64,000 bases of DNA, from positions 1 to 64,000 of the forward strand of contig CBDCNQ010000004.1 of assembly GCA_965219445.1 (NCBI GenBank), written 5' to 3'. The notes beneath the pieces are model-generated. The model worked only from the letters and a program-made list of their open reading frames with translations. It had not been told where the DNA came from and made no database searches. Shown piece by piece: positions 18,915-29,563 of the stretch. Origin of the DNA: Longimicrobiales bacterium (GTDB lineage Bacteria > Gemmatimonadota > Gemmatimonadetes > Longimicrobiales > Gaopeijiaceae). The translations under genes were made by a program, and so were the position numbers. Within the stretch, counting starts at the first letter, position 1, and the number at the start of each line of letters is the position of its first letter.

Positions 18915-19459
18915 GCCCTCGACACCTTGGGCAACAGCTGGCGGATGTCGTCGACGGACAGGATCGGGTTGTTCGGGTCGGTGCCTTCGGGATCAGTCTT
19001 GCGGCCGCGTGGCCAAGCTTCGCTGGAGTGGCCGACGATGCGCCACGTGTCTCTGAGGTTCCAGCCGTGTTTCTCGTAGTAGATGCGGCAGAGCAGGGCC
19101 ATGGTGAGCATCTGTAGCGGGGTGACGTCGTGTTTTCCGCTGGAAGCGATCGCGATGCCGTAGAACGCCGAGTTGGCGTCGCCGTAGTGGAGCCTGGCCG
19201 GGTCTGAGGGCCTACAGCGGCCCGCATGCCACGCCCGGGCGCTGTCGGGCGCTATGCGTACGTAGGAGCCGTCGTCGAGGATTAGGAGGTTGTAGCTCAC
19301 GTGGCAGCGCGGATCGCCGAACCACTGCATCGAGCCGCGGTCGGATCCGCTCCCGTCGTAGTGGAGAAGGATGCCCTGGCGGTCCTCGCGGAGCGTTCCG
19401 TAACGCTGGTTCAGGATCTCGCCCGTGAGCGTCGGCGTCCAGACGAGCTGCCCGGTCAT
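18911..19459 (-). CDS. N-acetylmuramoyl-L-alanine amidase (endolysin)
   Basis: ILLHY, AWHAG, IVGH and KTDP Amidase_2-type motifs. Confidence 0.88.
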   Translation of the reverse strand: MTGQLVWTPTLTGEILNQRYGTLREDRQGILLHYDGSGSDRGSMQWFGDPRCHVSYNLLILDDGSYVRIAPDSARAWHAGRCRPSDPARLHYGDANSAFYGIAIASSGKHDVTPLQMLTMALLCRIYYEKHGWNLRDTWRIVGHSSEAWPRGRKTDPEGTDPNNPILSVDDIRQLLPKVSRA

Positions 19460-19758
19460 CGCTCGTCGTCCTTGAACCGGTCGTCGGTGCCGGCGTTGCG
19501 GCGTGCGGCAGCCGCGACGGCCGCTGCGACACCGCCGAGCTGTGGGCCGACATACTGGGCGATCCGCGGCCCGGCGGCCCAAGCCAGCAGCCCCGTGCAG
19601 ACCGTTCCCATGAGTGCGTACGCGGGGCCGGGCACGTTCCAGGCCAGCGAGTCCAGCACGATCAGCGCACCGGCGAAGAGCAGCGCGCCGATCAGCAGCA
19701 ACCTTGCCGAGGATCTGGAGCCGCGCTCATCGTGGAGGAACCCCGGTTCCTGGCTCAT
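19456..19758 (-). CDS. Holin-like 2-TM protein
   Basis: Two TMs; directly upstream of the endolysin. Confidence 0.6.
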   Translation of the reverse strand: MSQEPGFLHDERGSRSSARLLLIGALLFAGALIVLDSLAWNVPGPAYALMGTVCTGLLAWAAGPRIAQYVGPQLGGVAAAVAAAARRNAGTDDRFKDDER

Positions 19759-20283
19759 GACCCGTTACTCCCGCCCAACCACGGCACTGACTTCATCCTG
19801 AGCTTCGCCGACTTGATGAAGAACTGTGCGTTACCCTGAAACGAGATCGCCTCCTCCCAGAACATCGCGACGGTGACCGTCATGATGAGCTTTCCGGCCG
19901 GATCCCAGCCGAGGATCTCGAAGGTCATGCCTTCGATGAACGCCGCCATGATGACCACGAGGAAGATCACGAGCAGCTTCAGGACCCCATTCCTGGCTTT
20001 GTCGGCGCGCAGCTTCACCTTTCGGATCCGCAATCGCACGTAGCACTCCGGTCGCCCAGTCGACGCCCCACGCGCCGAGCAGGAACCAGAACGGAATGCC
20101 GAACGCGCCCTGCATCTGCGCGAGCACGGCCACGAGCGCGCCCATCCCGACCTTCGGGACGAGCGAATGCGTGACGGTATCCTGGACGTAGTGGCCGAAA
20201 TAGACGAAGAACGACTGCGCGGTGTTGATCTCCTTGCTGCCGTCAATCGGTCCGACCCATGTTCCTTCGCCTAGAACGTACAT
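19755..20283 (-). pseudogene. Phage holin (holin_4_1-like) with a frameshift at ~20020
   Basis: DWATGVLRAIADPK continues in another frame as VKLRADKARNGVLKLL...EEAIS. Confidence 0.65.
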
Positions 20284-20395
20284 CTCGTGTCCTTGTGAGC
20301 GTGGAGGCTGGCGAGGACGACGCAGGCCGACACCGGATAGGTCCGGAGCCTCCGGGAGCATTTGGACTGGGACCTGCGCCGCCACTCATGAACGC

Positions 20396-23300
20396 TCACC
20401 TCTCGGAGCGCCGTCGGGTGGTGTCCTGCCCAGCATTGCGCTGTCTCCGCTGCGCGTCTAAGAACAACAACTGACCGACGCGATTGGCACCGCCGGTCCC
20501 TGCCTGCTGCCCCGACGTCTCACGCCAATCCGGGGTGTAGCCGGCCAAGGGGTCCTCGTTGGGAAGGGAACCAATGCGGTCTATGCGGTTGGGTGTCTGT
20601 TTGCGCTCTTGCTCGCGGCGCGTGCGCTCGCGCTGTGTTTCCGCCCGGATCCGACCCACACGGAACGGCCCCCTGGCGGGTCGCCCCTCCTCACCGATCT
20701 CCTGGAGCGCGGCCCGGGCCAGCGCGTTCGCTTCGGTGCTCAACGTCCTACGATCATTCACCGAGGGTGTGAAGCGGCGCACGTAGGACAATGCCGTGAC
20801 GGCTTTTGATGCGTCCGCGAGCAGCAGGCGCTTCTCGCGCTGGACGGCGCTCTCTTCACGCACATTGGAGCTCTGAATCTTCTGAGCGGCTTCCAGCGCA
20901 TCGTACAGCTCGTCGATCGAGCGAGAGCGGGTCGTGCCACCGCGCACGAACAGGCGCCCGAATATGGGCGTATCGGCCAACTCGTTCTCGCGCTCGATGC
21001 CCGCCGCTCCAAGCCCGACGAGTTCTACCAAATCGGAGCCGACCGGCCCGAACATTCCCCTGATGCCGTGATCGATACGTCTGGGCGATACCTTGAATAT
21101 CTGGCCCATCGTGATCGCGGCTCGGCTCGTGAACTCGTTGAACTGTTCCTCAGCGGGAAGATTCTGTTGGCCACGCGGAACGATCGGCGTGTCGAAGAAC
21201 GTGTCTCGGTTCGCGCCTTGCTCGTAAATCTCCTCCAACCCCGGCGGCGTGAGGGGCGGCACCATCGTCTGAAGCGCGACTTTCATAAACGCGATCGCGC
21301 TCTTTCGATCGTTCAAATACCACGCATCGAGCAGCATCTCTGGGAACGCACTAAAGACGTAGCCGACCTCGAAACCTCGCGGGATCCGCACGAGCTCCTC
21401 ACGTCCATCCGGCAGTGTGACGGAGAAATGCCAGTGCAAGAACTTCTCGCGGGAGTCCATCTCCTTCCACCACTCTTCGTCCTTGTTCCGCCACCACAGG
21501 AGCAGTGTCGCGGCCGTGAGTTGGAGCCCACGTAGCGCGAATTTCTGCAGGTTTCGTTTCCCGGCACGCAGGTTCGCGCGCGGGCCCTGGATCGCGGCGT
21601 TGTGGAACGGCACCATGCGGTTCGCCGCACGGCTGAACTCGCCAGCGGCGGTGAAGTCGGTCGTCACCTGTTTGGCGGCGAGCAAGAGACGGAACGACTG
21701 ATCGACGGTCATCGGCTCGCCAGGCTGCCACCCGATTTCTGCGGACAACAGCTTGAGTTCGGCCACACGCGGCGCCGATTCAGGGGCCTGCACGAGGTCC
21801 CGATACCAGTCGAACCAATTCCTTGGATCGAGTGTGCGTGCTGTACGGCCGTGGAACAGCCGACGAGCGGCGCGACTGGCTTGTGGTAGGTCCTGGCCGA
21901 GCGGTTGCGCCATCTCGCCACCGAGCCGCACGAAGGCGTCCAGATATTCACTGCGCCGCCCGACGGTCCTGTCCAGCGCCGCATCGGTCATCGCACCGAG
22001 CCACGTAGCCAGCAGCCTTGGCCCGGCAGCCGACGTCTGTGTGTTCACCCACATCGTTTGTGCGTCGCGGATCGGATTCCACAGCAGACCGAACGATGCA
22101 CGGAGGCCGGTGGTGCCTGCCCTAAAGATTTCGGCGCTCTTGCCGAGCGTCGCCTCAAGGATTCCTAGGCCGGCGACTTGCGGCAAGCGGTAGACGTCGA
22201 GTGCCGAGAGCGCACCGAACAACTTGGCGTCTACCTGAAACCACCGGATTTTCTCGCCGTCCCGCAGCGGAACGATCGGATCGGCGCCACTCGGTCGGTC
22301 CTTGGGCACGAAGAAGGTGACCGCTTCGTTGAAAACTTCCAGCGTCTCATCATTGACGGGGCCCGGGTCTGTTTCGAGCCCGACGCCCTCGCGCGCGAGG
22401 CGCTTCTTGAGTTGGTCCAAGAGTTGACCGATCGTGCGTGTCGCACCCGGCACCATCTCGGGCGGCACCTCTTCGATCAGGCCGCCCATGCCTTCGATGC
22501 TGCTCAAGCGGATGATCTGGTCGATGACCATTCGGTGATGGGCAGCACGTAGGGTCGAGGACGCCTGCGAGATCATAACGGGGAACGGGTCTTTGATCCT
22601 GCGACCGCTGCCCTTGAGACGCTTCACCGGACTGCGAGTAGTCGCGCCTCCCTTCTGCGCTGCGCGGCCCCACAGATCGTCGATCTCATCGAACATCCGT
22701 TGCAGCGGCACGTAGTCGCCAGGATCCCGCTCGCGCACCTTCGAGACGATTTGACGGAACGAGGGCGACGCCTGAGCGGCGTAATTCAGCACCCCATCGT
22801 TCCACTCGTAAACGATTTGGGCGCCCTGCGCGAATCTGGGGTTTTCCAGTTCGGATATGATCTGTTCGGCATCGATGAGCGAGAGCCCTGGGTTGCGAGC
22901 GCCCTGTGGATCGTTCCACAACGCCCTGGCGCGCCTGGCCCATAGATAGATCGTGAAATCCTCGCGCTCTAAGGGCCGAATCATCGCCTCGATCGAGTTC
23001 AGCGGTTGACCCACCTTATTGCCAGCCAGGTCGATCATCGCGTTCTCGACCATGTAGCGTGTACGAGCGGTATGCGTCGTTCTGAGCGCCGAGAGCGTTA
23101 AGGATGGATCCTGTGACGGAGCCAGCGGACGTTCAAGCTTGCGCTGTGCCTCGGCCGAGAACTCAGCGATCGGCTGCGCCATATCGACGAGATTCTCCAT
23201 GCTGAAGAACCGCCTCACTCCTTTGCCGGCCCTCCCTATGCGCTCACGCAGACTGCCCGTGTCCGCCATGCTCGCCACCGCACGTTGCCGGCTGCCCTGA

Positions 23301-26107
23301 TCGCCGTAGCGCGTGGTAGCGTCCCGAGCCGATTCCATCGCCTTACGAACCTTCGGTTGACCGGCTAGAAACGAACCATCGAACCACTCCGCGAAGGTCG
23401 GGGCCACGCGCAAAGATTCTTCGTCCGACGTGATCCACGCCCGAACGAACTCGGCGAACCCTTCGCGCTTGTATCCACCAACGGGCTTGCTCTCGCCGTA
23501 CAGACGGAAACCGAGTTGCCTGAGCTCCCTCTGCATCTTCCCGGTAACGCCCGCTATGGAGCCTTTCCAAGGCCCACCCTTCGGCCAACCGTAGATAACT
23601 TTCTCGATCGCGTGCGCGACCTCGTGTGCTGCGGTCGGGATGTCGTTCGCCTCGCGCGTCCTGATAACCTCGGGGCGCACTTTGAAAATGCCGAGCGCAC
23701 GACGTTGTCCTATCCGACCACTACGCAGCGGTAGCGCGCGACCCGCCGCCTCGGTGATCTTGGCCATCGCGCCGATGACGGCCGGCGCCGACACGGGACC
23801 GCTCGCGGCTACGTCGACAGCCGGCGTCAGGCGTCCCTTCAGGCTCGGATAGATCGTAACCCGTTCGTCCTCGTCCACGAGCGGATCCGTCGGAGGTACG
23901 ATCCTCGCACTCGTCGGTACCGAACTCGCTGTGCCCGTGGCGGTGGGGGCAGGATAGAACTGTGTGCCGGCGGGACCGCCGAAATCGTCGGAGATGTCAC
24001 CCGACGCAGCCGGAACTTCTTCGTCGATCCCACGCGCTCGCGCCTCGCCGGCGTAAAGCGTGCGGCGCACAGCAGCAGTTGTAGAGCCCAGGTCGCTGAG
24101 TGCTTCCACCTCGGCACGAACAAGACGCTCGATAACCTCTGAGTCGGTTAGATCGGAAAGCTCAAGGAACTCGGCACGAACACCGACTGGCACGTTCCCG
24201 GCCCTGACGTATCGGTATGCGTCATCGAAATCGGGCAGCTCGATCTCACGACGACGGAGCTCGTTCTCGTACGCGACCCGACGATGCCCTGCTTGCGTCA
24301 GCCGGCCACGTGCGAACGAGCCTTTGCCGGTGCCCGCAACGCCCTTGATCCCGGCGTTATCGAACACGCGGATCCCCGGTCCCGCTTCGTTGGCCTCCGC
24401 CTCGGTCTCCGCAGACTGCCGCAGGGTCGCACGGTATCGGGCCGCAAGTTCCTCGTCGGTAAGACTCTTCGCTATCTGTGTGGCCTTCTCGAACACCGCG
24501 CCCGCGCCTGCCGGCCTTACGTCGTCGCTTGCGACCTCGCCCGCCCGCGGCCCAATCGCTTCGGCGACCGGGAGAGCGTCGTCCTGCGGGATTGATTCGA
24601 TCGGAACGCCAGAGTCGTCTAGCTTCACCTCAGGGCCAATAGTGATCTTGTCTGTGCGTTCCTGCGGGATCTGGACGTCACCTCTACGAGAGCTTGCACC
24701 GGCAGCCGAGGCACCCGCTACCGATCCGACCAGCGCACCGATGGCGCCCGCACCCTTCATGCGCTCACCGATGTCCCTCAGCGCTTCGGGATCCTTGGTC
24801 GCTACGAACTGCGTAGTGGCCTGGAATGCTTCCTGCACCGCTTCGGTGACGCCCTCAGCGATGAGCCCCGAGCCCGCACGGCGCGCGACGTTCGGGATGA
24901 GCTCCATGAATTTGCTACGGAAGAACGCCTGAGCGCCCGGCACGCGATCGAACAGGATCACGGCACCCGGGATCGCTTCCAGCACGGCGGAACCAAGGCC
25001 AACGACCGCCGCGACGCCGGCAGCCGTCCGTTCGGCCTCTTCGGCGCTCGCGCCCTGTCTGAGCGCCATCGCTTTCGTTTCCTCGAACGAGCCGCCGCCC
25101 TCAAGAACAAGGTTCGGGGCTGCGAACGCGGCGAGCCTGAGCGCTGGCGATCCCGGCACCGCGAGAGCGAGCCCAACCTGAGAGCCGAGCTGCAAGAACC
25201 CTTCGCCGCCACGGGCGAGCCACCAGCGTGGATTCGATGGGTCGAACGCGCCACCGGCTTGCACCGACAGACTCGGCGGGTTGCGTTCCTGGATCTCTTG
25301 CCCCGCGGACGATAATGAGCGCCCTGGGCGCTTGAGCGGGGGCACAACCTGCCCGATCGTTCGCAGCGTACCGCCTACACCCTCAGTGGCTTGTCCACCA
25401 AAACGCTTCGCGGTACGTGCCATCTCCGTACTGAGCGGTAGATCGGGCTTCAGTGCACCGGTTAGCTCCATGCCCGGTGGCGGAGCGTCCCCGAACTGTG
25501 GATCCCTTAGGCCCAGACGCCGATTGAACTCACGGCCTTGCTCCACGACTCTGCGCATCTGCTCGCCTAAGCGTTCGCGCTCACCTTCAGGCGCTTCGAC
25601 GGCCGGTGGAGTCCGAGCGATTGTTGCGTTTCGTAGGCTTACCGTGTTGTCGCGATCCGCCCGGATCTTTTCGCGCATGAGGTCGAGCGAGGTCGGTCCC
25701 GTGGGTTCCGGCGGCCTGGCAACCCTCGTCGCGTCAGCAGCCGAGTCGGGGGACACCCGCGTTTCCTTCAAGTCGCCCAGTGGGTCGGCGGCGGGCTGCG
25801 GACGAGTCGTAGGCAACGCCACCGCCGTGGCGTCTGCGGCGAGGTCCGGGGACACGGGACGAGGCTCCCTCCGGCCCAAGGTGGCTCGAAGCCTAGCACC
25901 AGCCCGCTGTAGTAGAGAGGGCTGCGGCTTGGCCTGCCGTTCACGCCAGTCGGGTGTATATCCCGCTAACGGGTCCCCGGCCTGTCGGCCCGATGCCTGC
26001 CGTTCACGCCAGTCGGGCGTATAGCCTGCGAGAGGATCCCCCGTCTGTTGCCCTACCTTTTCACGCCAGTCTGGGGTGTAGCCAGCAAGAGGATCGTCAG
26101 GATCCAT
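20396..26107 (-). CDS. Large polyvalent/internal virion protein (LPD38-like C-terminus)
   Basis: 1903 aa; C-terminal VRIPRGFE...ANRDTFFDTPIVP...VSPRRIDH pattern; lies before the lysis genes. Confidence 0.7.
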   Translation of the reverse strand: MDPDDPLAGYTPDWREKVGQQTGDPLAGYTPDWRERQASGRQAGDPLAGYTPDWRERQAKPQPSLLQRAGARLRATLGRREPRPVSPDLAADATAVALPTTRPQPAADPLGDLKETRVSPDSAADATRVARPPEPTGPTSLDLMREKIRADRDNTVSLRNATIARTPPAVEAPEGERERLGEQMRRVVEQGREFNRRLGLRDPQFGDAPPPGMELTGALKPDLPLSTEMARTAKRFGGQATEGVGGTLRTIGQVVPPLKRPGRSLSSAGQEIQERNPPSLSVQAGGAFDPSNPRWWLARGGEGFLQLGSQVGLALAVPGSPALRLAAFAAPNLVLEGGGSFEETKAMALRQGASAEEAERTAAGVAAVVGLGSAVLEAIPGAVILFDRVPGAQAFFRSKFMELIPNVARRAGSGLIAEGVTEAVQEAFQATTQFVATKDPEALRDIGERMKGAGAIGALVGSVAGASAAGASSRRGDVQIPQERTDKITIGPEVKLDDSGVPIESIPQDDALPVAEAIGPRAGEVASDDVRPAGAGAVFEKATQIAKSLTDEELAARYRATLRQSAETEAEANEAGPGIRVFDNAGIKGVAGTGKGSFARGRLTQAGHRRVAYENELRRREIELPDFDDAYRYVRAGNVPVGVRAEFLELSDLTDSEVIERLVRAEVEALSDLGSTTAAVRRTLYAGEARARGIDEEVPAASGDISDDFGGPAGTQFYPAPTATGTASSVPTSARIVPPTDPLVDEDERVTIYPSLKGRLTPAVDVAASGPVSAPAVIGAMAKITEAAGRALPLRSGRIGQRRALGIFKVRPEVIRTREANDIPTAAHEVAHAIEKVIYGWPKGGPWKGSIAGVTGKMQRELRQLGFRLYGESKPVGGYKREGFAEFVRAWITSDEESLRVAPTFAEWFDGSFLAGQPKVRKAMESARDATTRYGDQGSRQRAVASMADTGSLRERIGRAGKGVRRFFSMENLVDMAQPIAEFSAEAQRKLERPLAPSQDPSLTLSALRTTHTARTRYMVENAMIDLAGNKVGQPLNSIEAMIRPLEREDFTIYLWARRARALWNDPQGARNPGLSLIDAEQIISELENPRFAQGAQIVYEWNDGVLNYAAQASPSFRQIVSKVRERDPGDYVPLQRMFDEIDDLWGRAAQKGGATTRSPVKRLKGSGRRIKDPFPVMISQASSTLRAAHHRMVIDQIIRLSSIEGMGGLIEEVPPEMVPGATRTIGQLLDQLKKRLAREGVGLETDPGPVNDETLEVFNEAVTFFVPKDRPSGADPIVPLRDGEKIRWFQVDAKLFGALSALDVYRLPQVAGLGILEATLGKSAEIFRAGTTGLRASFGLLWNPIRDAQTMWVNTQTSAAGPRLLATWLGAMTDAALDRTVGRRSEYLDAFVRLGGEMAQPLGQDLPQASRAARRLFHGRTARTLDPRNWFDWYRDLVQAPESAPRVAELKLLSAEIGWQPGEPMTVDQSFRLLLAAKQVTTDFTAAGEFSRAANRMVPFHNAAIQGPRANLRAGKRNLQKFALRGLQLTAATLLLWWRNKDEEWWKEMDSREKFLHWHFSVTLPDGREELVRIPRGFEVGYVFSAFPEMLLDAWYLNDRKSAIAFMKVALQTMVPPLTPPGLEEIYEQGANRDTFFDTPIVPRGQQNLPAEEQFNEFTSRAAITMGQIFKVSPRRIDHGIRGMFGPVGSDLVELVGLGAAGIERENELADTPIFGRLFVRGGTTRSRSIDELYDALEAAQKIQSSNVREESAVQREKRLLLADASKAVTALSYVRRFTPSVNDRRTLSTEANALARAALQEIGEEGRPARGPFRVGRIRAETQRERTRREQERKQTPNRIDRIGSLPNEDPLAGYTPDWRETSGQQAGTGGANRVGQLLFLDAQRRQRNAGQDTTRRRSER

Positions 26108-26860
26108 TCATCGCACCGTATAAACTTCGGCAATCTGCTCGTCGGGCCAGCCCTGTCTGGTCCGTAGGTACTCGGCATGATCTCGCGTGATTACCTCTTT
26201 CTCCGGCCCACCGCCACCTATCCCACCGCCACTTGGCCCATCTCCTCCGAGATCGTACCTCCCGATGATACTTTGGACGTATTCTTGTCTTAGTCGAAGA
26301 TAATCGTCCTCACCTTCAAAGCCGGCTCTTCGTGCGGCCTCATTAGCCGCCGCGTTCTGATCCTCTCCGAAATCCTGTGCCCGTTGCCTGGCTCGGCTGA
26401 TGGCCTCCCAGGCGTCGTCCAGCACGGAGCCGAAATCGGACAGGTCTGGCGACTCGACCTGTGTGGGATTGTTCCTAAGGAATGCGTCTACCTGAGCCTG
26501 GATCGTTGCACCGGTCATTGTCGGCCTGCCATCCGACCCGACCCCATACGTCGGATCTTTTGGCTCTTCCGGAGTCACGGGATTGCGTTCTTGAAATGCC
26601 CGGGCGTCCCCTTCGGTCCCGAAGCCGGAGCCCGTGATGTTTCCCCTTGCATCGACGCCATACTTCGGTGTCGGCACCGGGGGATTCTTCTTGGCATACA
26701 GATCGACCAGATTCATCTGCCGCTGGATGTCGCGCGTCTGAGCGTCTTCGGCTTCACGCGCCTCGAAGTCGGCGCGGTCGCGTGCGGCGAGCTGGCCTTG
26801 TTTGTGGCCGACGAGTCCTGAGCCCGCTGCCCTGATCAGGGTCCCCGTATCGAAGCCCAT
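26108..26860 (-). CDS. Putative phage ejection/internal protein
   Basis: Coupled to the large protein; Gly/Ala-rich N-terminus. Confidence 0.55.
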   Translation of the reverse strand: MGFDTGTLIRAAGSGLVGHKQGQLAARDRADFEAREAEDAQTRDIQRQMNLVDLYAKKNPPVPTPKYGVDARGNITGSGFGTEGDARAFQERNPVTPEEPKDPTYGVGSDGRPTMTGATIQAQVDAFLRNNPTQVESPDLSDFGSVLDDAWEAISRARQRAQDFGEDQNAAANEAARRAGFEGEDDYLRLRQEYVQSIIGRYDLGGDGPSGGGIGGGGPEKEVITRDHAEYLRTRQGWPDEQIAEVYTVR

Positions 26861-28222
26861 TAGGCTGGCCGTCCTAGCGCGGCATCGAGGCCATCGACGC
26901 TACGCGGCGGCTGCGAGACGATCGGGGGTGTGCCTCTTCGCGCCGCATCGAGCGCCATCAGCTGTTGGATGAAGTCTGTGCCGGCGCTGGCCTGGCCTCC
27001 GAAGTTCCTGGCGGCGTCACCGAAACCTCTGGTGTCGACCCCGCCGAAGCCGGCCCAGCCGAGCTGGTCGAGGCGCCCTTGTTCGCGATCGAACGCTGAG
27101 TTAGTGAGATCGTTTTCCAGCACGAGCTGACGGATCGCATCGTCGGTCGCGAGTCGGGCGAGCTGGTCCTGGAAGTCGCGCTCGGTACGGAACTCGTTGC
27201 GGTCGAGCAGGCCCTGGTTCACGAGCTGAGACTCCAGACCTGCCACGTCGCCCAACCTGGCACGGTCGGCCAGGAATCGATCGAACGCGACCTGTGTCGC
27301 GAAGTCACGCTCACCGACGTCTTCGGCCCTTGAAGGCGCGGCCTATGCCTTCGAGTTGGGAGCCGACGGCTGATTCCGCACCGGCACGGCTCAAGCCGAA
27401 GCGGCCGCGCCCGATGTCCTGCGCCGTGAAGTCGCTGCCGGCTCCGAGCGTCGCACCGAGTCGGTTCAGCTGGTCGGACAATTGCTTGTCGGCCGTCTCG
27501 ATACCGAGGCCCCGACGTGCATCGGCCAAGAAGCGCTCGCGGTCGCCTTCGAGGGTGCCGAGATCGGTGGTCACTTTGCCCGATCCGATGTGCCCGAACG
27601 TCGCCGCATCACGCCCTACGTCGCGGCGTCTCCTCGCGAAATCGCGGTCGGCCCGATCACCGAGCAGGTCGAAAGTTTCCTCGGCGAGCTGGCGGCGGTT
27701 CGGGCCTTCGAGACCGGCAACCTGATCCAGGGCGAGGCTCCGAACGAAGTCGGCGTCCCTGGTGTCGAGCTCGGAGCCAGCGATCGCGTCCTGAGCCCGC
27801 TGCACGGCGCTCAGCGCACCGGACACGTCGGTACCGGCGACGGGGCCGGGCTCGGGCAACGCGAAATTCGAGACGTCCCCACGTAGACGGTCCACGTCGC
27901 CCTGCACGCTGGCGAGGCGCGGATCGGGACCCGGCAAGATCGACTGGCCGCGCAGCGACTGCTCCGGGTCGATCGGTGCCAAGCTCGTAGAGGGCGGTGT
28001 GCCGAACTGACCGGGACCGCCCGTAGCCACGGGCACAGCAGGTGCAGTGGGCACCGTGGGCACCGTGGGCGCGTTCGGCAGCACCGGAGCGTGCGGCGCC
28101 TTGGGCGCCGCCACACCCTGCACCGGCGGCGGGGTGACGGGCGGCCGATCCTGCACGTTCGCGGCGTCTAAAGCACTCGGCACGAGTCCCGGCACCGACG
28201 GCCTACTCGTTGCGCTCGCCAT
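26860..28222 (-). CDS. Putative phage ejection protein, frameshifted at ~27325
   Basis: ORFs 27311-28222 and 26860-27255 join with a single-base shift. Confidence 0.5.
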
Positions 28223-28599
28223 CAGCTTGGCCTCCTCACGGCTCGCTTATCCGGAACGAACCCGGGGTCTGTGGGCAACAGCCCAGCGAGCGACACGGGC
28301 TCATCGGGGCTGAACGGGTTGCTGCGTGTGGCACCGAAGGCTGCCGACAGATTCGGGGGCGCTGGGAGCGGGCCGAGGGCGCGGTTACTGAAGGCGTCGC
28401 GTAGAGGCTGACGGTCGGCGATGTCGCGCCTGACGATGTCGAGTTGCTCTGCTGTGAGGTCGTTCGCCTCACCCTGCTTCAGGGCACCCGACACCGCACC
28501 AGCGGCTGACAAGCCGAGCGCAGGATTACGCGTGAGCAGCCCGGTGCCGATACCGACCGCTGGCGCGGCCAACCCTTTCAAGAACCCTCCGAGACCCAT
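28222..28599 (-). CDS. Putative phage ejection protein
   Basis: Gly/Ala-rich hydrophobic N-terminus; strong RBS. Confidence 0.55.
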   Translation of the reverse strand: MGLGGFLKGLAAPAVGIGTGLLTRNPALGLSAAGAVSGALKQGEANDLTAEQLDIVRRDIADRQPLRDAFSNRALGPLPAPPNLSAAFGATRSNPFSPDEPVSLAGLLPTDPGFVPDKRAVRRPS

Positions 28600-28611
28600 G
28601 ATCTTTCTCCT

Positions 28612-29085
28612 CTATCCTGTGGACTGTAGCTCCCGCGCCTGCTCGTCCTCGACCTTGCTCGCGTCGTATTGCTCGGCACCCTTCACGAGCTGCCACACGT
28701 CGTCGAACTCCTCTTGCATCATCGGGTGGACGTGCGGGATGAAGGCCCTGAAACGCTCCTCGACCACCCTGTATACGTCCTCCTCGAACTCGAATGCGTG
28801 CTCCCCGTTCTTGAGTTTGTAGTTCGGCCACCAGCGCTGCCCGCTCTCCTCGACCGCCGCCAAGACCTTAGGTTTCGGGGACTCCGCATACGTGACGTCC
28901 GGGTCCTTGAGTTGCCGGATCAGACGCAACGCGATCTCATAGCCCTGCTCATCCTGGGGCGTGCTGTGTCCGTTCGTCAGCACCCCATAGAACACCTCGT
29001 CGAACTGTTGCTTGGTCAAATGGATCGATCTCATCGGTTTGCTCCCTTTCGTGACGTGACGTCTGAACTTTCGGGTCGCGCTCAT
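28612..29085 (-). CDS. Phage hypothetical protein
   Basis: Coupled ORF after the tail-fibre remnant. Confidence 0.6.
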   Translation of the reverse strand: MSATRKFRRHVTKGSKPMRSIHLTKQQFDEVFYGVLTNGHSTPQDEQGYEIALRLIRQLKDPDVTYAESPKPKVLAAVEESGQRWWPNYKLKNGEHAFEFEEDVYRVVEERFRAFIPHVHPMMQEEFDDVWQLVKGAEQYDASKVEDEQARELQSTG

Positions 29086-29335
29086 GGCCTCAGCGCCGCG
29101 ACCTCGGCCTCCAAGGTTGCAATGCGGCCGTCCGTCTGGGCCACATATTCCTGGAATGCCTTGATGAGGATCGGCGGCCCGATCGCGCCTTGCCTCACAG
29201 CTTTTTTCATAACCGCCGGTGTGATGACCCTTCCCTGTGCATCATGGACCGCAGACCTCTGGGTAACGAGCTCGACCAAGGTGGGGAATATGGCCTCCAC
29301 GTCGGAGGCCCCGAGACCGATCCTCTTTCGTCTCG
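29082..29335 (-). pseudogene. C-terminal remnant of a tail-fibre intramolecular chaperone (peptidase S74-like)
   Basis: RIGLGASDVEAIFPTLV...ILIKAFQE...IATLEAEVAAL with no upstream gene body. Confidence 0.7.
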
Positions 29336-29529
29336 TGTGCGGCGTCGAGCATCGTCTTGAGCATCGTGCACTGATCTTCTAGGTGATGGATGCGGCCTTC
29401 CGATCTCGCCAACGCCTCTCTGCTCGCAGCCAGAGCCGAGCGCCACTTCTGGCCTCTCTTCGAATGGATCTGCTCGGTGAGCACTAGGGCGAGAACGCCG
29501 ACGATCGCGAGCGCGAGGATGTCCATCAC
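29242..29529 (-). CDS. Small TM protein after TerL, probably truncated by deletion
   Basis: TM plus coiled coil; its C-terminus overlaps the S74 remnant out of frame. Confidence 0.5.
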   Translation of the reverse strand: MMDILALAIVGVLALVLTEQIHSKRGQKWRSALAASREALARSEGRIHHLEDQCTMLKTMLDAAHETKEDRSRGLRRGGHIPHLGRARYPEVCGP

Positions 29530-29563
29530 GCCTGATCGAGGCGCGGGTTGCAGTCTTCGCGTT

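Noticed and set aside
19755..27330. Programmed frameshifts in the holin (~20020) and ejection gene (~27325)
   Set aside because: Similar 1-nt shifts occur in host genes (~820, ~1180, ~6690) at short homopolymers, so sequencing indels or decay are more parsimonious.
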